Shown: piece by piece, positions 37,160 to 37,899 of the stretch | Numbering within the stretch: the first letter of the stretch is position 1 | Layout of the letters: every line of letters begins with the position of its first letter | Assembly: GCA_048938895.1 (NCBI GenBank) | Contig: JBHLLU010000038.1 | Location: 1-37,899, forward strand | Length of the DNA stretch: 37,899 nt | Source: Promethearchaeota archaeon | GTDB taxonomy: Archaea; Asgardarchaeota; Lokiarchaeia; Sigyniarchaeales; SOKP01 | Direction: 5' to 3' | The notes under the pieces: model-generated | Database searches by the model: none | What the model was told of the DNA's origin: nothing | The model's input: only the letters and a program-made list of their open reading frames with translations | Made by a program: the position numbers and the translations under genes

Positions 37160-37899
37160 GTGAATCGAGAATCAAAAGCTTGTGAAACTCCCGATACCTT
37201 CTTGTGTGAAGATTTCGAAGAAGAAGAACCACAGCTCTGTGAAATAGATAAGTCAAAAACTTATAAAGGGCTTGTTGGAATATATGTCGATGAAAGCTTA
37301 ATAACATACATCGATGGAATGAATGGAGAATTATATTATCGAGGTTTTCCTTTACATGATTTAGTAGATAAATCTTCATTTGAAGAAGTAGTATATCTAC
37401 TTATATATGGAAAACTTCCTACTAAGTCTGAATTTAGTGATTTTAGAGATATATTAATAAAAGAACGGAATATACCAGACAATATCTTAACGATTCTGAA
37501 GAGTTATCCAAGAAATACTACAAGAATTGAATTATTGAGAACATCAATTTCTGCATTATCACTTTATGACCCTGATGACTATGATTTTTCTGAAGAAGCT
37601 AATATTAGAAAAGGCTTAAGAATTATTGCGAAAATACCGACGGTCATAGCGTTTTCTCATCGAATTCAAACTAATCAACCATTGGTAGAACCTTCAGAAG
37701 ATCTATCGCATGCATGTAATTACTATTATATGATGACAGGGGGCGTTCCTAATAATAAGTTTACGCAATATTTCGATAAGATATTGATGTGTCATATGGA
37801 CCACTCTATTAATAGCAGTACGTTTTCTTGTAGAGTAACAGTATCAACTTTATCAGACATTTATAGTGGAATTACTAGTGCAATAGGGACATTAAGAGG
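37160..37899 (+). CDS. gltA: Citrate synthase / 2-methylcitrate synthase family, 3'-truncated, absent from the ORF track
   Basis: GTG start and open to the window end: KGLVGIYVDESLITYIDG..GELYYRG, SFEEVVYLLIYGKLP, IIAKIPT, CHMDHSINSSTF, STLSDIYSGITSAIGTLR. Confidence 0.88.
   Translation, partial: MNRESKACETPDTFLCEDFEEEEPQLCEIDKSKTYKGLVGIYVDESLITYIDGMNGELYYRGFPLHDLVDKSSFEEVVYLLIYGKLPTKSEFSDFRDILIKERNIPDNILTILKSYPRNTTRIELLRTSISALSLYDPDDYDFSEEANIRKGLRIIAKIPTVIAFSHRIQTNQPLVEPSEDLSHACNYYYMMTGGVPNNKFTQYFDKILMCHMDHSINSSTFSCRVTVSTLSDIYSGITSAIGTLR

Noticed and set aside
1333-37379. Short overlapping ORFs in the track (e.g. 1333, 1783, 2532, 2980, 5300, 6277, 6383, 7865, 10579, 11164, 11525, 12574, 14508, 18130, 20495, 25373, 25829, 26235, 26626, 28658, 28821, 29954, 35462, 37140)
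   Set aside because: They are antisense or off-frame shadows of well-supported genes and have no recognisable motifs.
1-37899. CRISPR arrays, tRNA/rRNA genes, IS elements, integrases
   Set aside because: No spaced repeat arrays, cloverleafs, GC-rich rRNA-like tracts or transposase ORFs were seen by eye.

Overview
AT-rich, gene-dense archaeal window, most likely Asgard/Lokiarchaeia. This is inferred from GGTGA/GAGGTGA-type SD sites, TTTATA boxes, a TPR protein with a longin-like C-terminus, and fused Dpp permeases. The main feature is a loose ~32 kb cluster of citric-acid-cycle genes: isocitrate dehydrogenase-family enzyme, heteromeric ATP-citrate lyase (aclB-aclA), succinyl-CoA ligase (sucC-sucD), 2-oxoacid:ferredoxin oxidoreductase (korA-korB) linked to an Sdh/Frd A-B pair with no membrane anchor, class II fumarase, and a citrate synthase cut by the window end that the ORF track misses. 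Aconitase and malate dehydrogenase are absent from the window, but an FMN alpha-hydroxy-acid dehydrogenase directly follows fumC. Full-length sucC appears to initiate at a non-canonical ATT codon. Accessory genes between the TCA genes include hydrolases, nitroreductase folds (one tandem duplication leaving an MFS 3' remnant), a GH51, an MFS transporter, a CapA-like protein, a radical SAM protein, and a DppB-4TM-DppC fusion lacking both EAA coupling loops. One intergenic region has elevated GC and nested hairpins (candidate ncRNA). No rRNA, tRNA, CRISPR array or transposase was seen.
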